A stretch of 64,000 bases of DNA from Antedon mediterranea (GCF_964355755.1 NC_092679.1:4494201-4558200), one strand, 5' to 3'. Shown: positions 39,221-51,647, counted from the first letter of the stretch. Numbers and translations are program-made. Notes: generated from the letters alone by a model not told the origin.

Positions 39221-40348
39221 GAAACTCTAGTCTCTTGCTGAAAACTCTGTCTCTTGCTGCAAACTCTGTCTTTTGCTGCAAACTCTAGTGTTTTTTGCTG
39301 CAAACTCTAGTCTCTTGCTGCAAACTCTGTCTTTTGCTGCAAACTCTGTCTTTTGGAGCAAACTCTAGTGTCTTTTGCTGCAAACTCTAGTCTCTTGCTG
39401 CAAACTCTAGTCTTTTTCTGAAAATTCTAGTCTTTTGCTGCAACCTCTAGTCTTTTGCTGCAACCTCTAGTCTGTTGCTGCAAATTCTAGTCTTTTGCTG
39501 CAACCTCTAGTCTGTTGCTGCAAATTCTAGTCTTTTGCTGCCAACTCTGGTCTTTTGCTGCAAACTCTAGTCTCTTGCTGCAAACTCTAGTCTTTTTCTG
39601 AAAATTCTAGTCTTTTGCTGCAACCTCTAGTCTGTTGCTGCAAATTCTAGTCTTTTGCTGCAACCTCTAGTCTGTTGCTGCAAATTCTAGACTTTTGCTG
39701 CTAACTCTAGTCTTTTGCTGCAAATTCTAGTCTTTTGCTGCAACCTCTAGTCTGTTGCTGCAACCTCTAGTCTTTTGCTGCAACCTCTAGTCTGTTGCTG
39801 CAAATTCTAGTCTTTTGCTGCTAACTCTAGTCTTTTGCTGCAAACTCTAGTCTCTTGCTGCAAACTCTAGTCTTTTGCTGCAACCTCTAGTCTGTTGCTG
39901 CAAATTCTAGTCTTTTGCTGCAACCTCTAGTCTGTTGCTGCAAATTCTAGTCTTTTGCTGCTAACTCTAGTCTTTTGCTGCAAATTCTAGTCCTTTGCTG
40001 CAACCTCTAGTCTGTTGCTGCAAATTTTAGTCTTTTGCTGCAACCTCTAGTCGTTTGCTGCAAATTTTAGTCTTTTGCTGCAACCTCTAGTCTGTTGCTG
40101 CAAATTTTAGTCTTTTGCTGCAACCTCTAGTCGTTTGCTGCAACCTCTAGTCTTTTGCTGCAAATTTTAGTCTTTTGCTGCAACCTCTAGTCTGTTGCTG
40201 CAAATTTTAGTCTTTTGCTGCAACCTCTAGTCTGTTACTGCAAATTTTAGTCTTTTGCTGCAACCTCTAGTAGTTTGCTGCAACCTCTAGTCTTTTGCTG
40301 CAAATGTTAGTCTTTTGCTGCAAATTCTAGTCTTTTGCTGCTAACTCC
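39221..40348. repeat. minisatellite, 20-bp unit, about 56 copies
   Basis: Consensus caaactctagtcttttgctg, with variants caacctctagtctgttgctg and caaattctagtcttttgctg. Confidence 0.97.
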
Positions 40349-40504
40349 AAGTTTATCAAGCAAAGTTTTATGCTGTTGGTGTTGGCAATCTTTAGTAATC
40401 TTCAAAAAAACAATGCTTTGCTCTTATGGTCATCCATTTGCTATCTATCTTTCATGTACTTGAAATGGTAAAATAAATTGAAACTTGAGAACTTGAAAAA
40501 AAAA

Positions 40505-41180
40505 TGGTAAAGTTTCCTAGTGTACAACAAACTACCAAAAATACATTTTTTAAAAATGTATACTGTTTATGGTAAAAATATACAAGAAAAAAAATTTGAT
40601 AGCAAAAAAAAAGGTTTGGAGCCAAAATAAAATGAGGTAATAAAAGTATTTTATATAAAATAATCAAATTATAAAGCAGATTTCGACAAAAACGCATTAT
40701 GTTGCAGATTTTATTGTTAAATAATCAAAATGAGCAAAATCGGATTATTCTCAGATAGAATTTCGTAAAAACACATTGTATATGTTGCAGATTTCACTGT
40801 AAATTACAACAAGATCCTTGTTAATTAAATAAATTTGCATATAAGATTAAATTAGCCCTAACGGCAAGTGTGTCTAGCGTTTGCTCAATGTCATTTCCTT
40901 TGTAAACAAGATATGAATGCAGTAGCCTTTTTAATCCGCCAGTATATCAAGAAAATTGTTGCCTGCTAGCAGCAGATCAGATCAAATAATGCAAGTTACT
41001 TCTAACATGCAAAATTGGTAAAGTTTTTTGTTTTGTTTTTAAACTACCAAAAACAAAAATGTACACTGTTTATAGTAAAATATATAGAAATAATAAAATA
41101 GATAGTAAAAAAGGTTTGGAGCCAAAATAAAATATGGTAATAAAAAGTATATAAAATATTCAAATTATATGTTGACTTTA
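40505..41180. repeat. diverged local duplication of about 170 bp (40505-40680 and 41016-41180)
   Basis: Shared tggtaaagttt...aaactaccaaaaa...aaaggtttggagccaaaataaaat. Confidence 0.75.
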
Positions 41181-42244
41181 TAAAAAATGTTTCAGTGAAA
41201 ATGCTTCTGTTTTGGTAAAATTTTGAAATTTTTTGTTTCTTTTCGTGCTTGTTCCACAATTTTTTTCCCTTTTTTCTAAAACGTTGCTTGACATCAATTC
41301 ATATTTAAAAAAACTTATTTTTTAGAAAATACCACAACTTAATTTGTTATTCAACTTTAAAGTCTGTCAGACTGTAATGTTTTTTCAATTACATTTCTAT
41401 TTATTTATATCGTTCAATGTACAATAAAGGTTATTCATTAGGTTTGACTGTCATGGCTGCAAATTACCGCAATGAGCAATCATTAATAAATTCTTTTGTT
41501 GAGATTGAAAACTTCCTCCTTCTAACATAATAAACACATTTATATGCTATAGTTATTTTTGGTACTAATTTGATGTGATAAGGATTACATATACATTTTC
41601 TCTAAATTCTATTTTGTAATGATTACAAAATATCATATTTTTACAGTAATTATATAACAACTAGAGAGTCAAGTCCATTACTACCCCAGTTCATAAAGTT
41701 GACATAAACAATACTTTTGTGCAAATTCATCTGTTTGGCGATTCTTTTTTCATTTTGCATAAAAATTGTACATTCCGTATGACATCATCGTAAAATAATG
41801 TTACTTTAGGACACAAAAAACCAGCAAATAAATGATTAACAGAGGTCATTATTCTTATGGATATCTTTAAAATTATGCATTCCCCCTATTTTATAAATGG
41901 AAGAATCTTAAACTTAACTTGGCATACTATTGACCAATCACAACTACGTATATCCATATATGGTATACTATTAGTCAAATATTTGAATGATTAATAAGTG
42001 ATTTATTGTTATAATTCTTAAAATAAAGTTAAACATTAGAAATTAATGGTAATGAACCAAATTAATAACTTACATAATTATTATTAATAACTGATAATAC
42101 AACATAATTGAATAAACATATTATATGAAAATGTGTAATCATACTTTATTTCCTATGTACAGTATAAACCATATTTGTTTTCTTAAATTCTAAATTATGG
42201 CAGAGGGAAAAGAGAGAAAAAAGTGCAATAGGTGTAGAAGAGGG

Positions 42245-42490
42245 TGATTTGATTTGATTTGAATTTATTAGGAAAATCATTATAGAAAAATACATACAAA
42301 GTGATAACATAAATTACTGACATTACAAATAATACATTTATAAAAGATTTTCCAGGATAGCCCAAAAGGCTTATTAGCTTATTTCCATTGGGATCCTTTT
42401 GTAATCTAAAATAAAAAATTAAAAAATTACATTCTTGTATTAAGCATGTAAATATAACAAAAACAATAATTCAATAAAACAAGTTACTAA
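42245..42490 (-). mobile_element. LINE 3' UTR fragment, same family as 16844
   Basis: About 175 bp near-identical to 16844-17015, with a (tcaaa)n tail. Confidence 0.75.
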
Positions 42491-42626
42491 ATTTAGGTTC
42501 AATATACTGTAGGCTGAATAGTTTTCTAAATATATTGTTCAATGCATGTTGCAAGTATAGAGAATAAGGAATGCATGAGAATTAGGAACATTTGTACAAT
42601 GGACTTTCGTAAGCTGACTCATTAAA

Positions 42627-42692
42627 CCTCAGTGGGAATTGAACCAGCGATCTCAACTGGGAGAGGCTGGATACATAACCATTACACCATAC
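42627..42692 (-). mobile_element. tRNA-derived SINE head
   Basis: Minus-strand TGGTGTAATGG (A box) ... GGTTCAATTCC (B box); no intact acceptor or anticodon stems. Confidence 0.6.
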
Positions 42693-43962
42693 TCTCATAT
42701 GGTGGTTTAGGAGATTGGAAGGATTGTAAAAGAGGTAGAATGGAACTGTAATGTGAAGTTGATGATATTATTATTATTATCATCTGTCCTGTACCAAATC
42801 TTGAACTGAAGCCAACTAAATGTATACATGTTGATGACTAAATCCATAAAACAAGTTCAAATACAATAACATTATAGAATTGCATGACCCTCCCAGGAAT
42901 CGAGGTAATTTGAAAATGGAGGCGATGGGGCACCAAGTAAATCGCAATGCAATTGCATTAATGATGTACTATATGGTCAACTGTGTGTATGGATAATGTC
43001 TAATATATGTGGCGATCTATTGAATGAAAATCAACAAAAAAAGGTTTTTTTTCAAAGAACTAGTTGCTAACTTTAAATGTCTACATTATGATGTAATAGC
43101 ACATATAAACAGAGAACCGACAACTCAACTTTCCTAGGCAATACATATCTCAGGATATAATACATTACAATTGCAGTTATTAACCGGATTCTTAAAAAGT
43201 ATGTTCCTCAAATTTTACTTTACTTCGACCTTGTAATCTTTCCTGTTTCATACTCATTGTTTATTATTCTGAACTCATTTCTATAATAAACATAGGATTT
43301 CTAAATGATATGGCATTTATGGCACAAAAGTTAACAACTTGTTTAATATAGAGGGGGCTATACAAATATTCTGTTAATTCATGTAAGTCCTTTTCCCAAT
43401 GAAACGTCTACTGTAATAGAATCATTTACTGAATTGCCTTTTTATGCACATATAGGGCCATGATCCATATCTGTTAGGCAACAGTAACCATAGAGAAATA
43501 ATTTCCATGGTATAACCTCTATAAAATAAGTATGGACCAATGTATATATATATATATATGTATTTTGAAATACCAGTGTTTTTTTGTTTGTTGTGCCACG
43601 CCTTTAGGCAGTTATATTCCCAGAGGACGGAATCATTAGGAAAATAAATATGTACATTACTATAGCTTAGAACAACAATTTAAACTGTTACGTCAAAAAG
43701 TCGAGCAGCGTTTTTTGTAAGAAATATTTCTTGTTTTTATCATGACTGTGTACCAGAAAGGTTTCATGGCCAAAGCAGCACTATAACCTATGTATCAGCA
43801 TTTTATCTAATTTTTCAATACTATATTAAATTTACAAAAAGATCAAAAACAATAAAGTTGATAGTTATAGCCCTCTAAATCCAGAGAAAGAGGGATGATC
43901 TCTACATAATAACAATTAAGTAATGTCTTTTAAAAATATTTAAATAATTAAAATTAATAAAA

Positions 43963-45192
43963 CTAGATGGTACGCTCGCTTCGCTCGCGTACCATCTAGG
44001 TCGTGCCCACATAATGGTTCTCGAATACATAGTAATTTCAGCGTAAAAAAACTGGCGATTTCAAAATTTAGGCCTACGTACCGCATGACTATAAAACATT
44101 TATTTATGTATTATGTAGTCAACCAAAATTAGCACCGTGCGAATTACTTCCAAAAGAGAAACTTCTCACAAAATTAGTCCAAATGTTTGATTTGGACTCA
44201 TTTAAACAAACCCAATTTGTGTTTTGTATCTAACATTATTGAGGGTTGGTTTTTTTTAATACAGTAGGCCTATAAATAATATAACACTACATAGAGTAAA
44301 ACATTTCCGATTTAATAACTGTTAAAGTTGTCACTGTCATAGTCGATTGAAGCAGTAAAAGTACATGTAACGATACACCACCACGACGTTTATATTTTTT
44401 TGTAATTATTAATTAATACAAACGTTGAGAAGCAACTGTCAGTAATAAAGTATTATATTATTTATGTGTTTATAATCTAAAAGTAGGGGCTACCCACACT
44501 CACAGTAATAAAGTTTATTAGTATATTTGTTTATATTATAATAAACAGTAGGCCTACAAACACACACAATAAGAAATTTGCGATTCAAATGGCTATCAAA
44601 AGTGGTTAATACCTATTTACAGTATTGTATAGCTTTACAATACTATTTATGTTTATTCTCAAAGGGCCCATAAATTGACCTACTTGTGTTAAATCATGGA
44701 GGTATGCAAGCATGGTTAAACCAAATAATTTGGAATGTTCCATTCATCGCAAATCAATACATTTGTATAAACTTATATTAAATCTATCAAAATAGTATTT
44801 TTTAAAGAAAATCGGCCTGTCTTCAACATTATGATACTGTACTCGAGCTGTTCAACCGGTTTTCAGCTATTAAAAACAATTATCGTAGGAGGAGATAGGA
44901 AAATGCGAAGTATCCTCGTATTATTGTGTACAGGTATTTTTCATGAGGACATCCATTAGACAGTGTATACCACGATCGGAAAACACCCCTATTTGGGGCA
45001 AATGGTTGAACCTAAATTCGTTTTAATTGTCATTAACTAATTATCTAACTAAATTTAATTAGTAAACAGGGTTACATCAGGTGGTTAAAATCAGTACCGA
45101 GATTCTAACCAACTTTATATACCATCGAGTAAACATTCTAGAAATAACGCGCGATTTACCGAATTTTGCCCTTACGTAAATTTATATATAGA
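43963..45192 (-). mobile_element. non-autonomous Helitron (about 1.23 kb)
   Basis: The minus strand starts TCtatatataaa and ends with a GC-rich hairpin and CTAG|T; no TIR or TSD. That both ends belong to one element is an inference. Confidence 0.7.
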
Positions 45193-45959
45193 AGCTGGAT
45201 AAAACAGAGTGTAAAAATGTATAACTTAATACACGCATGGTTTATTAAATTAATGGTTTCCAAAATTAAAAGCATTTGCTGAATTGCTGTTTGTTAAAGC
45301 GAAAAAAATACTACATAAAGATAATGATAGACACCAATCTTTGGCGTTGAAATATCACACTATTACGTTTTCCTGCCAAAGCAAAAGGTAAAAACAAAGA
45401 CAGGACTTTAATACTTAATCTTGCAATAAAACTTAAAGTTAAGTACTGTCTATTGTGTTCCATAATCTTTCCTAAACTAAAATAAATAAATAATGGTATC
45501 ACAGAAGCAATAAGAGCAGAGCCATTTCCTTTAGTGGTTTACTCAATGCATTGTCCGTGTCTTTATGTAAATCACCTTAAATCCTGCTTCGCAAAGTTCG
45601 GCTGAACTTCAATGGAAGAAGCGGTAAACTTTCTACGCTTCAGTAGGTTTAATGTATTTCCTGATCACTCCAACATCATTACTCGCAACAATGCTTTGAA
45701 GAGGACCACAATCTATTTTGGTTACATTCGGCAGTAGGGAGGTTTTTCCAAGTTACCAATATGAATTCATGTCATTCTTAATTCTGTTTTTTTTTTGTTC
45801 AGTGCAAACTACAGGTGTCTCAATTAGGTATTATGGAGCTTTTGCAATGACAGACAACACATTGATTGACCTGACTTAGGTTGGTCCTTCTCGCTCGTCG
45901 CAAATTAAAAGCTCCTTGTTATAAAGCGTGGCAGAATCATGGAAGATGGTATAAATTGT

Positions 45960-46350
45960 ACAAATTACATTCATTATGGTGCAACTATAATCAAGGTACC
46001 TTGCGATCTCTCCAGGTATGCTACAATAATGGTTTAAGAATGTTGTTGCAAAGGCCTCGACATTGCAGTGCCAGCCTCATGTTTACGGAATGTAGAATTC
46101 CCTCTTTTTATGAATTGTTAAGAATATCAATATATGGCCTGATGTGTAGACTTAATGCAAGCAAAAATATTTTAATCTCAATGATTATAAGCAACGTCTT
46201 AGTTAAGTCGAAGATGCTCTCCAGATGGAATGCCATCCTGAGATGAGTAGTAGTAATTTTGTTTATTTTATTTATTTCATTTATATGTAATTTACTTTCT
46301 ATGGACCAGAGTTTCCGAAATAAAAGATTGAATGAATGAATGTATGAATT
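45960..46350 (+). mobile_element. 5'-truncated non-LTR retrotransposon (RTE-X-like ORF2 C-terminus plus 3' UTR)
   Basis: Encodes LWCNYNQGTLRSLQVCYNNGLRMLLQRPRHCSASLMFTECRIPSFYELLR...RLNASKN...SRW, resembling the post-RT C-terminus of RTE-X-type LINEs. Stop at 46246, AATAAA at about 46319, (tgaa)n tail. Confidence 0.7.
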
Positions 46351-48209
46351 ATGTCCTTTAACTGTCTATATATAAAATTTTTTTTGTGGTTAACAAACAA
46401 ATTCCAGGGCTTTGAAACTGTACACTAAATTTATACTGTTTGTATAATATATTTCGCAATCAGGAATTGTTCAATTCAATCACAAAATACGAACACATAC
46501 TAAAGTACACTCGACTTTAATAAAATTACAGTTGACAGATCAGTAAAATAACACTGTACAAAATCAGCTGGGCTGAAAAGCATAAAAAATAACTGAACTA
46601 ATCGACAAAACAAATAATTAAAAACAAAAGGTTGCGTGGTCACCAATTATAACATGACTCGTAAAGAAGGGGACTGTCCACAAGTTCTTAACCATTCATG
46701 TTTTTTACGCTAATTAGGTACAATTAGTGGTTTCACTACGTGAGCATTCATGCATACCGTTCTGTCATATTAATCCTATCCGTAGATAAATTCAACTATT
46801 TAAAAAAGATTTTATTCGGAATACTAAGCAAGACATATCCTGACAATATATTACCTATTGCTTCAAAGAGAAAAGGAAGTTGTCAACACTTCCGGTTGAT
46901 ATACTGACTAAATTCTTGTATAACTCATTTTTGTTTTCCTTCCAATGTTGTATCCTTATGATTTTCCTAATACTAAAAGTATTAGTCATAAAAAAGTATA
47001 TACTACCAGGAAATTTCCTTATAAACTGAACATTTCATGGTTCACATGCTGGGTTTAATAAAACTAACAAACTCGCACAAAAAATGAAATTACTAACTTG
47101 TCTTATAAATATATTTATGTATCTCCATATAATTTATCATTTTTATTTAAGTTGTTTATATAATTTAGTCTACGGAATAAGGACAATCAAATTACAACAC
47201 AAAACTTTACATTGTGACCCCTCCTCAGAAATAAATAATTTAAAAGGAATTTGTTTACATAGGAATTTTTTATGTTTTTCCTATTAATTTAAGTTATATT
47301 TACTTTTAGCTTCTTTAATGTTCAATTTTTAAAATAAAACACCAAGATTTAATTGAAATAAACTTTAAGTCAATAACCTTTGCAAAGTCACCAGCAGTAG
47401 TTTGGTAAAAATAAATTGTATTTCTTTTATCTTTTCACACAATGAACTTTTAATGCTTTTTCATCTTTTATTTAGGTTAATATGATATTCATAGATTTCA
47501 ATTTGGAATAAAAATTATGGATAAAATTAATATTTATTTTAATATAATATTTATAGATTTTAATTTGGAATAAAACTTATGGATAAAATTAAAATGTATG
47601 CTAAAATATGATCTATAGATTTTAATTTAAAATAAAACATACAGATCAAATTTTAAAAAATTTGAAACCAATTATGACCCTTTTTTTTTCAATACACTTG
47701 GTGTATTTGTATCTATGTATTCTGTATTCATTTGTATTTTAAATAAATTATTAATTTCTCAAAAGTTGTGTGCAGTCTAGAGGTCATTTTCTGGGAGTTT
47801 ACTGTGTCTAAATCCTGTTTTTCACTACAAGAATTTATTCGGGTGAATCTAATGTTTCGCAGAGAAAAAAACAGTGCTACCGTTTCCATTACAAGAGTGA
47901 CTTTTATTTCCATCACATGTTTCCTGAGCTTTTCGATTTACCTGAGTGCGCATGAACGACGTAATGAAAAATTTCCTGAACTTTGATTGGTTGCTCAATG
48001 TTTTTGGCTCGCAAAATTAAAAACTACAAATTTCACTGGCATTTGGATGATATTATGTTCATTTGATTAGGGGTTTTTCTTCTTTAATAAATAAAAGGAG
48101 GTCGGTTCACCTCTAAATTTCTGTATTTGATCATCTCTATCATTTCTATGTCATGTAAAAAGAAGACTTTAAAGTCAATCAGTTCTATTAAATGGATTTG
48201 GATGTTCAG

Positions 48210-48215
48210 TTTATT
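48210..48215 (-). promoter_or_regulatory. candidate RAD51B polyadenylation signal AATAAA
   Basis: First minus-strand AATAAA after the stop codon, about 110 nt downstream. Confidence 0.45.
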
Positions 48216-48326
48216 AGGGTTTTTTGTTTCATTGTAAAAGGAATGGTTCACACCTAAGTTTCTATATTTGATCCAGCTATGTTATATAAAAAGAAAAAAT
48301 TATAGTCAATCAGTTCTATTACCTGA

Positions 48327-48427
48327 TCATAATTGATGGCTTATTTCATAAGCAAGACTACTTCGAACTTTGAGACTCTGCAAACCAGGATCAGTTCCTT
48401 GGTAATACGTTTCCTGATCCGTCGGCT
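48327..48427 (-). CDS. RAD51B: RAD51B last coding exon, (E)PTDQETYYQGTDPGLQSLKVRSSLAYEISHQL*
   Basis: Acceptor tttccacag, phase 1 matching the preceding donor, open frame to TGA at 48329-48327. I recall the GTDPGLQ motif from non-mammalian RAD51B C-termini. Confidence 0.82.
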
Positions 48428-48761
48428 CTGTGGAAATATACGGAAGTACAATCATCATATTCTAGACAATCAATATATTGCACAATACAAAGAAATAATA
48501 ATAATAATAATAATAACATGTTTGTAACACAGACTGTATGACTAATTGCATATAGTCTGAAGATTTCAAAAAATATTTTTTCGATATGTTGTATTTAAAT
48601 GGAAGTTAGACAATGCTTCCTACTTTATGTAATGTCCAATTATATAATATCAGTAAAAACAAACACTATGAAAAGAAATTACAAGTCTTATAAAAAGACA
48701 TGAGTTTCAGATTGGTTTTAGGCTGGATGCTTTCTTCTCGTTGCCTCATTGACGGGATATA

Positions 48762-48808
48762 CAGTCAACTCTCCCAATACCAGACTCTCTGAAAAATGGA
48801 AACTCTCA
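48762..48808 (+). mobile_element. terminal fragment of mariner-type MITE family M2 in the last RAD51B intron
   Basis: ta|cagtcaactctcccaataccagactctctgaaaa matches the reverse complement of 9270-9313. Confidence 0.6.
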
Positions 48809-48906
48809 TTTTGCCTTTGGTGTCACAAGGAACACTTTATTTCCATACTTGGTTGTTCTTTAACTTCCAATTCCTCCTCTCTTCACTGATTCACCTTTAT
48901 ACATAC

Positions 48907-48982
48907 CTGCTACAATACCTTTATCTAGGATAGTATACTTGACTGATGTAAACGGAGCTACAGGTGATTTTGCAATAAGCAC
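48907..48982 (-). CDS. RAD51B: RAD51B internal exon, VLIAKSPVAPFTSVKYTILDKGIVA
   Basis: Acceptor tttttatttag, donor G|GTATGT, 76 nt (phase 0 to 1); matches human RAD51B ILIAKSPLAPFTSFVYTIKEEGLVL. Confidence 0.95.
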
Positions 48983-49085
48983 CTAAATAAAAAGTAAAAA
49001 ATAATATACTACATCATTAGGCTGCCACGTGTTCTTGGTATTGTACCTATTAAAATACAGAACACCTCCTTTGAGACACACCTCA

Positions 49086-49246
49086 GGGGGAACTTAAGGT
49101 TCTGGTGGTAGAACGAGTCCTCGGATATAGACTATAAACATCTAGTACAGCTTTCGAGACAAGGGGGTTACGTACACACAGCCACTCATCATAACTGGGC
49201 CCTCGGGGAGAACAGTCTTTGACTTCATAAAGAAAAAATAAATAAA
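49086..49246 (+). mobile_element. SINE 3' half (Nin/Deu-domain-like) in a RAD51B intron, antisense to the gene
   Basis: gtcctcggatatagactataaac resembles the conserved Nin/Deu SINE core; A-rich tail aaaaataaaataaa. Confidence 0.45.
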
Positions 49247-49335
49247 TCGGAAATTGCCCCACAGAAGCAACCTATTGTCAATATTTAGGGGAGTGGTTCA
49301 TACTTCATTATGCTTAAAGAAGATGGTTCGTATAC

Positions 49336-49445
49336 CTGTCTAATTACAGCATCATGATATTGTAAAAGTAACCTAGTATTGACGCTATGACTCCATGTGT
49401 TACCAAGTGCTGCAGTCACCTGACCCTCTCCACTGTCGAATGGTC
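49336..49445 (-). CDS. RAD51B: RAD51B internal exon, (R)PFDSGEGQVTAALGNTWSHSVNTRLLLQYHDAVIRQ
   Basis: Matches human RAD51B VIAALGNTWSHSVNTRLILQYLDSERRQ; donor CAG|GTATAC. The acceptor tttcaaag (AAG, weaker) gives 110 nt, phase 1 to 0. Confidence 0.95.
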
Positions 49446-49559
49446 CTTTGAAACCAAAATTAATTAAACAATCAGTCACAAGAGGCATTTAAATGATAAA
49501 GACATTTCAACATTTTTTAATGGTAACAATTCAATTTCATGTTAATTTTATAATCATGT

Positions 49560-49650
49560 TTTCATTATAAATTTATATTTATTTCATTTTCTTTTAGTAG
49601 GGTAGCCCTCTCAGTAATAATAGTGAAAACTGCTTTTCCACAGGGCCCTA
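49560..49650 (-). mobile_element. L2/CR1-type 3' end fragment
   Basis: gggtagccctctcagt...actgcttttccacagggccct next to an AT-rich tail. Confidence 0.45.
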
Positions 49651-50039
49651 CTACATTTAATTTCAACAGCAACTTACGCATTTAAGGCAACCTTTCTTAT
49701 GTTCTTAGTGGTTATTTATTTTGCTTGACGTATTTATTGTTTTGTTCGTTTCATATCGAGCCAAATAAATTAATAAGTTTTTACATGTCTGCTGCCCTCC
49801 ATACACATATACAAGTTTTACAATAATGTCTACTGCCCTCTATTTTAAAGAGATAAGACAATATCTAAAATTATCTGTAGTGTAAATTTACAAATTGTAA
49901 AAAAATATATTGTAATGGGAAAAGTGGAATGGAATATTGAAACAAATTAATAAATGTTGAATTATGGAACAAAAAAAAAGTTTGTTTTATAGTACTAGAA
50001 TTCTACTGAAACATTATGAAGAATAAGTAATAACAGTAC

Positions 50040-50109
50040 TTGTTTGTTCTTGATTGCTGCTTTGATTGGTCGATCCTTGTCTTGTTGTAATCTGATTGGT
50101 CACAATAAC
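50040..50109 (-). CDS. RAD51B: RAD51B internal exon, VIVTNQITTRQGSTNQSSNQEQT
   Basis: Acceptor tatttttcag; matches human VILTNQITT at the same exon start. Donor A|GTACTG gives 70 nt, phase 0 to 1; the donor position is less certain than the acceptor. Confidence 0.9.
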
Positions 50110-50507
50110 CTGAAAAATACAATTTATATAAGCAAATCATGTAAATTGTGTACTAAATAAATAAATGTAAACTAATTCAGAAACTGTAAATTAAAATATA
50201 TCCACCAATCAGGGATCCCAAAAATGTAGGTCTTTGAAGATATTAACTTATTTGGAAAGTAATAAAACTAAACAATTTATGTTATATCATAAAAAATGTT
50301 ATTTTCATAACATAACTAAACAAAATTGGATTGGAATAAAATATTTCATTTTTTGTAAATATCGGCATTACTAGAGCCCAAGTAAACATTGGATCAGAAG
50401 CACTTTAAATTGCAGAAAAACGGCATTGGTCGCTTTTAGCTGCTAGATAGAAATTTCTCTACTCTTTTAATTTTTTACTTATCAGCACGTACAGTAGAAC
50501 TCCTTAA

Positions 50508-51647
50508 AGCTTGGTTCCCACTAGAACGTAACGCAAGGACGTAAACGCAACGCAAGCGTTTTAAAGCTTGGTTCCCACTAGAACGTAACGCAAGGACGTG
50601 AACGTAACGCAAGCGTTTTAAAGCTTGGTTCCCACTAGAACGTAACGCAAGGACGTAAACGCAACGCAAGCGTTTTAAAGCTTGGTTCCCACTAGAACGT
50701 AACGCAGGGACATAAACGCAACGCAAGCGTTTTAAAGCTTGGTTCCCACTAGAACGTAACGCAAGGACGTAAACGCAACGCAAGCGTTTTAAAGCTTGGT
50801 TCCCACTAGAACGTAACGCAAGGACGTAAACGCAACGCAAGCGTTTTAAAGCTTGGTTCCCACTAGAACGTAACGCAAGGACGTGAACGTAACGCAAGCA
50901 TTTTAAAGCTTGGTTCCCACTAGAACGTAACGCAAGGACGTAAACGCAACGCAAGCATTTTAAAGCTTGGTTCCCACTAGAACGTAACGCAGGGACGTAA
51001 ACGCAACGCAAGCGTTTTAAAGCTTGGTTCCCACTAGAACGTAACGCAAGGACGTAAACGCAACGCAAGCGTTTTAAAGCTTGGTTCCCACTAGAACGTA
51101 ACGCAAGGACGTAAACGCAACGCAAGCGTTTTAAAGCTTGGTTCCCACTAGAACGTAACGCAGGGACGTAAACGCAACGCAAGCGTTTTAAAGCTTGGTT
51201 CCCACTAGAACGTAACGCAAGGACGTAAACGCAACGCAAGCGTTTTAAAGCTTGGTTCCCACTAGAACGTAACGCAAGGACGTAAACGCAACGCAAGCGT
51301 TTTAAAGCTTGGTTCCCACTAGAACGTAAAGCAGGGACGTAAACGCAACGCAAGCGTTTTAAAGCTTGGTTCCCACTAGAACGTAAAGCAGGGACGTAAA
51401 TGCAACGCAAGCGTTTTAAAGCTTGGTTCCCACTAGAACGTAACGCAAGGACGTAAACGCAACGCAAGCGTTTTAAAGCTTGGTTCCCACTAGAACGTAA
51501 TGCAAGGACGTAAACGCAACGCAAGCGTTTTAAAGCTTGGTTCCCACTAGAACGTAACGCAAGGACGTAAACGCAACGCAAGCGTTTTAAAGCTTGGTTC
51601 CCACTAGAACGTAACGCAAGGACGTAAATGCAACGCAAGCGTTTTAA
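50508..51647. repeat. tandem array, 57-bp unit x20, equal to the left end of MITE family B
   Basis: (agcttggttcccactagaacgtaacgcaaggacgtaaacgcaacgcaagcgttttaa)20 with few substitutions. Confidence 0.98.

Noticed and set aside
39221-40348. Possible CRISPR or coding repeat
   Set aside because: Contiguous 20-bp units with no unique spacers, and the unit length is not a multiple of 3.
42627-42692. tRNA gene (also 1855-1920 and 22521-22580)
   Set aside because: A and B boxes are present but acceptor and anticodon stems do not pair; better explained as SINE heads.
45881-46246. 121-aa ORF as a host gene
   Set aside because: Only the distal part is protein-like; it resembles a LINE ORF2 C-terminus followed by a microsatellite tail.
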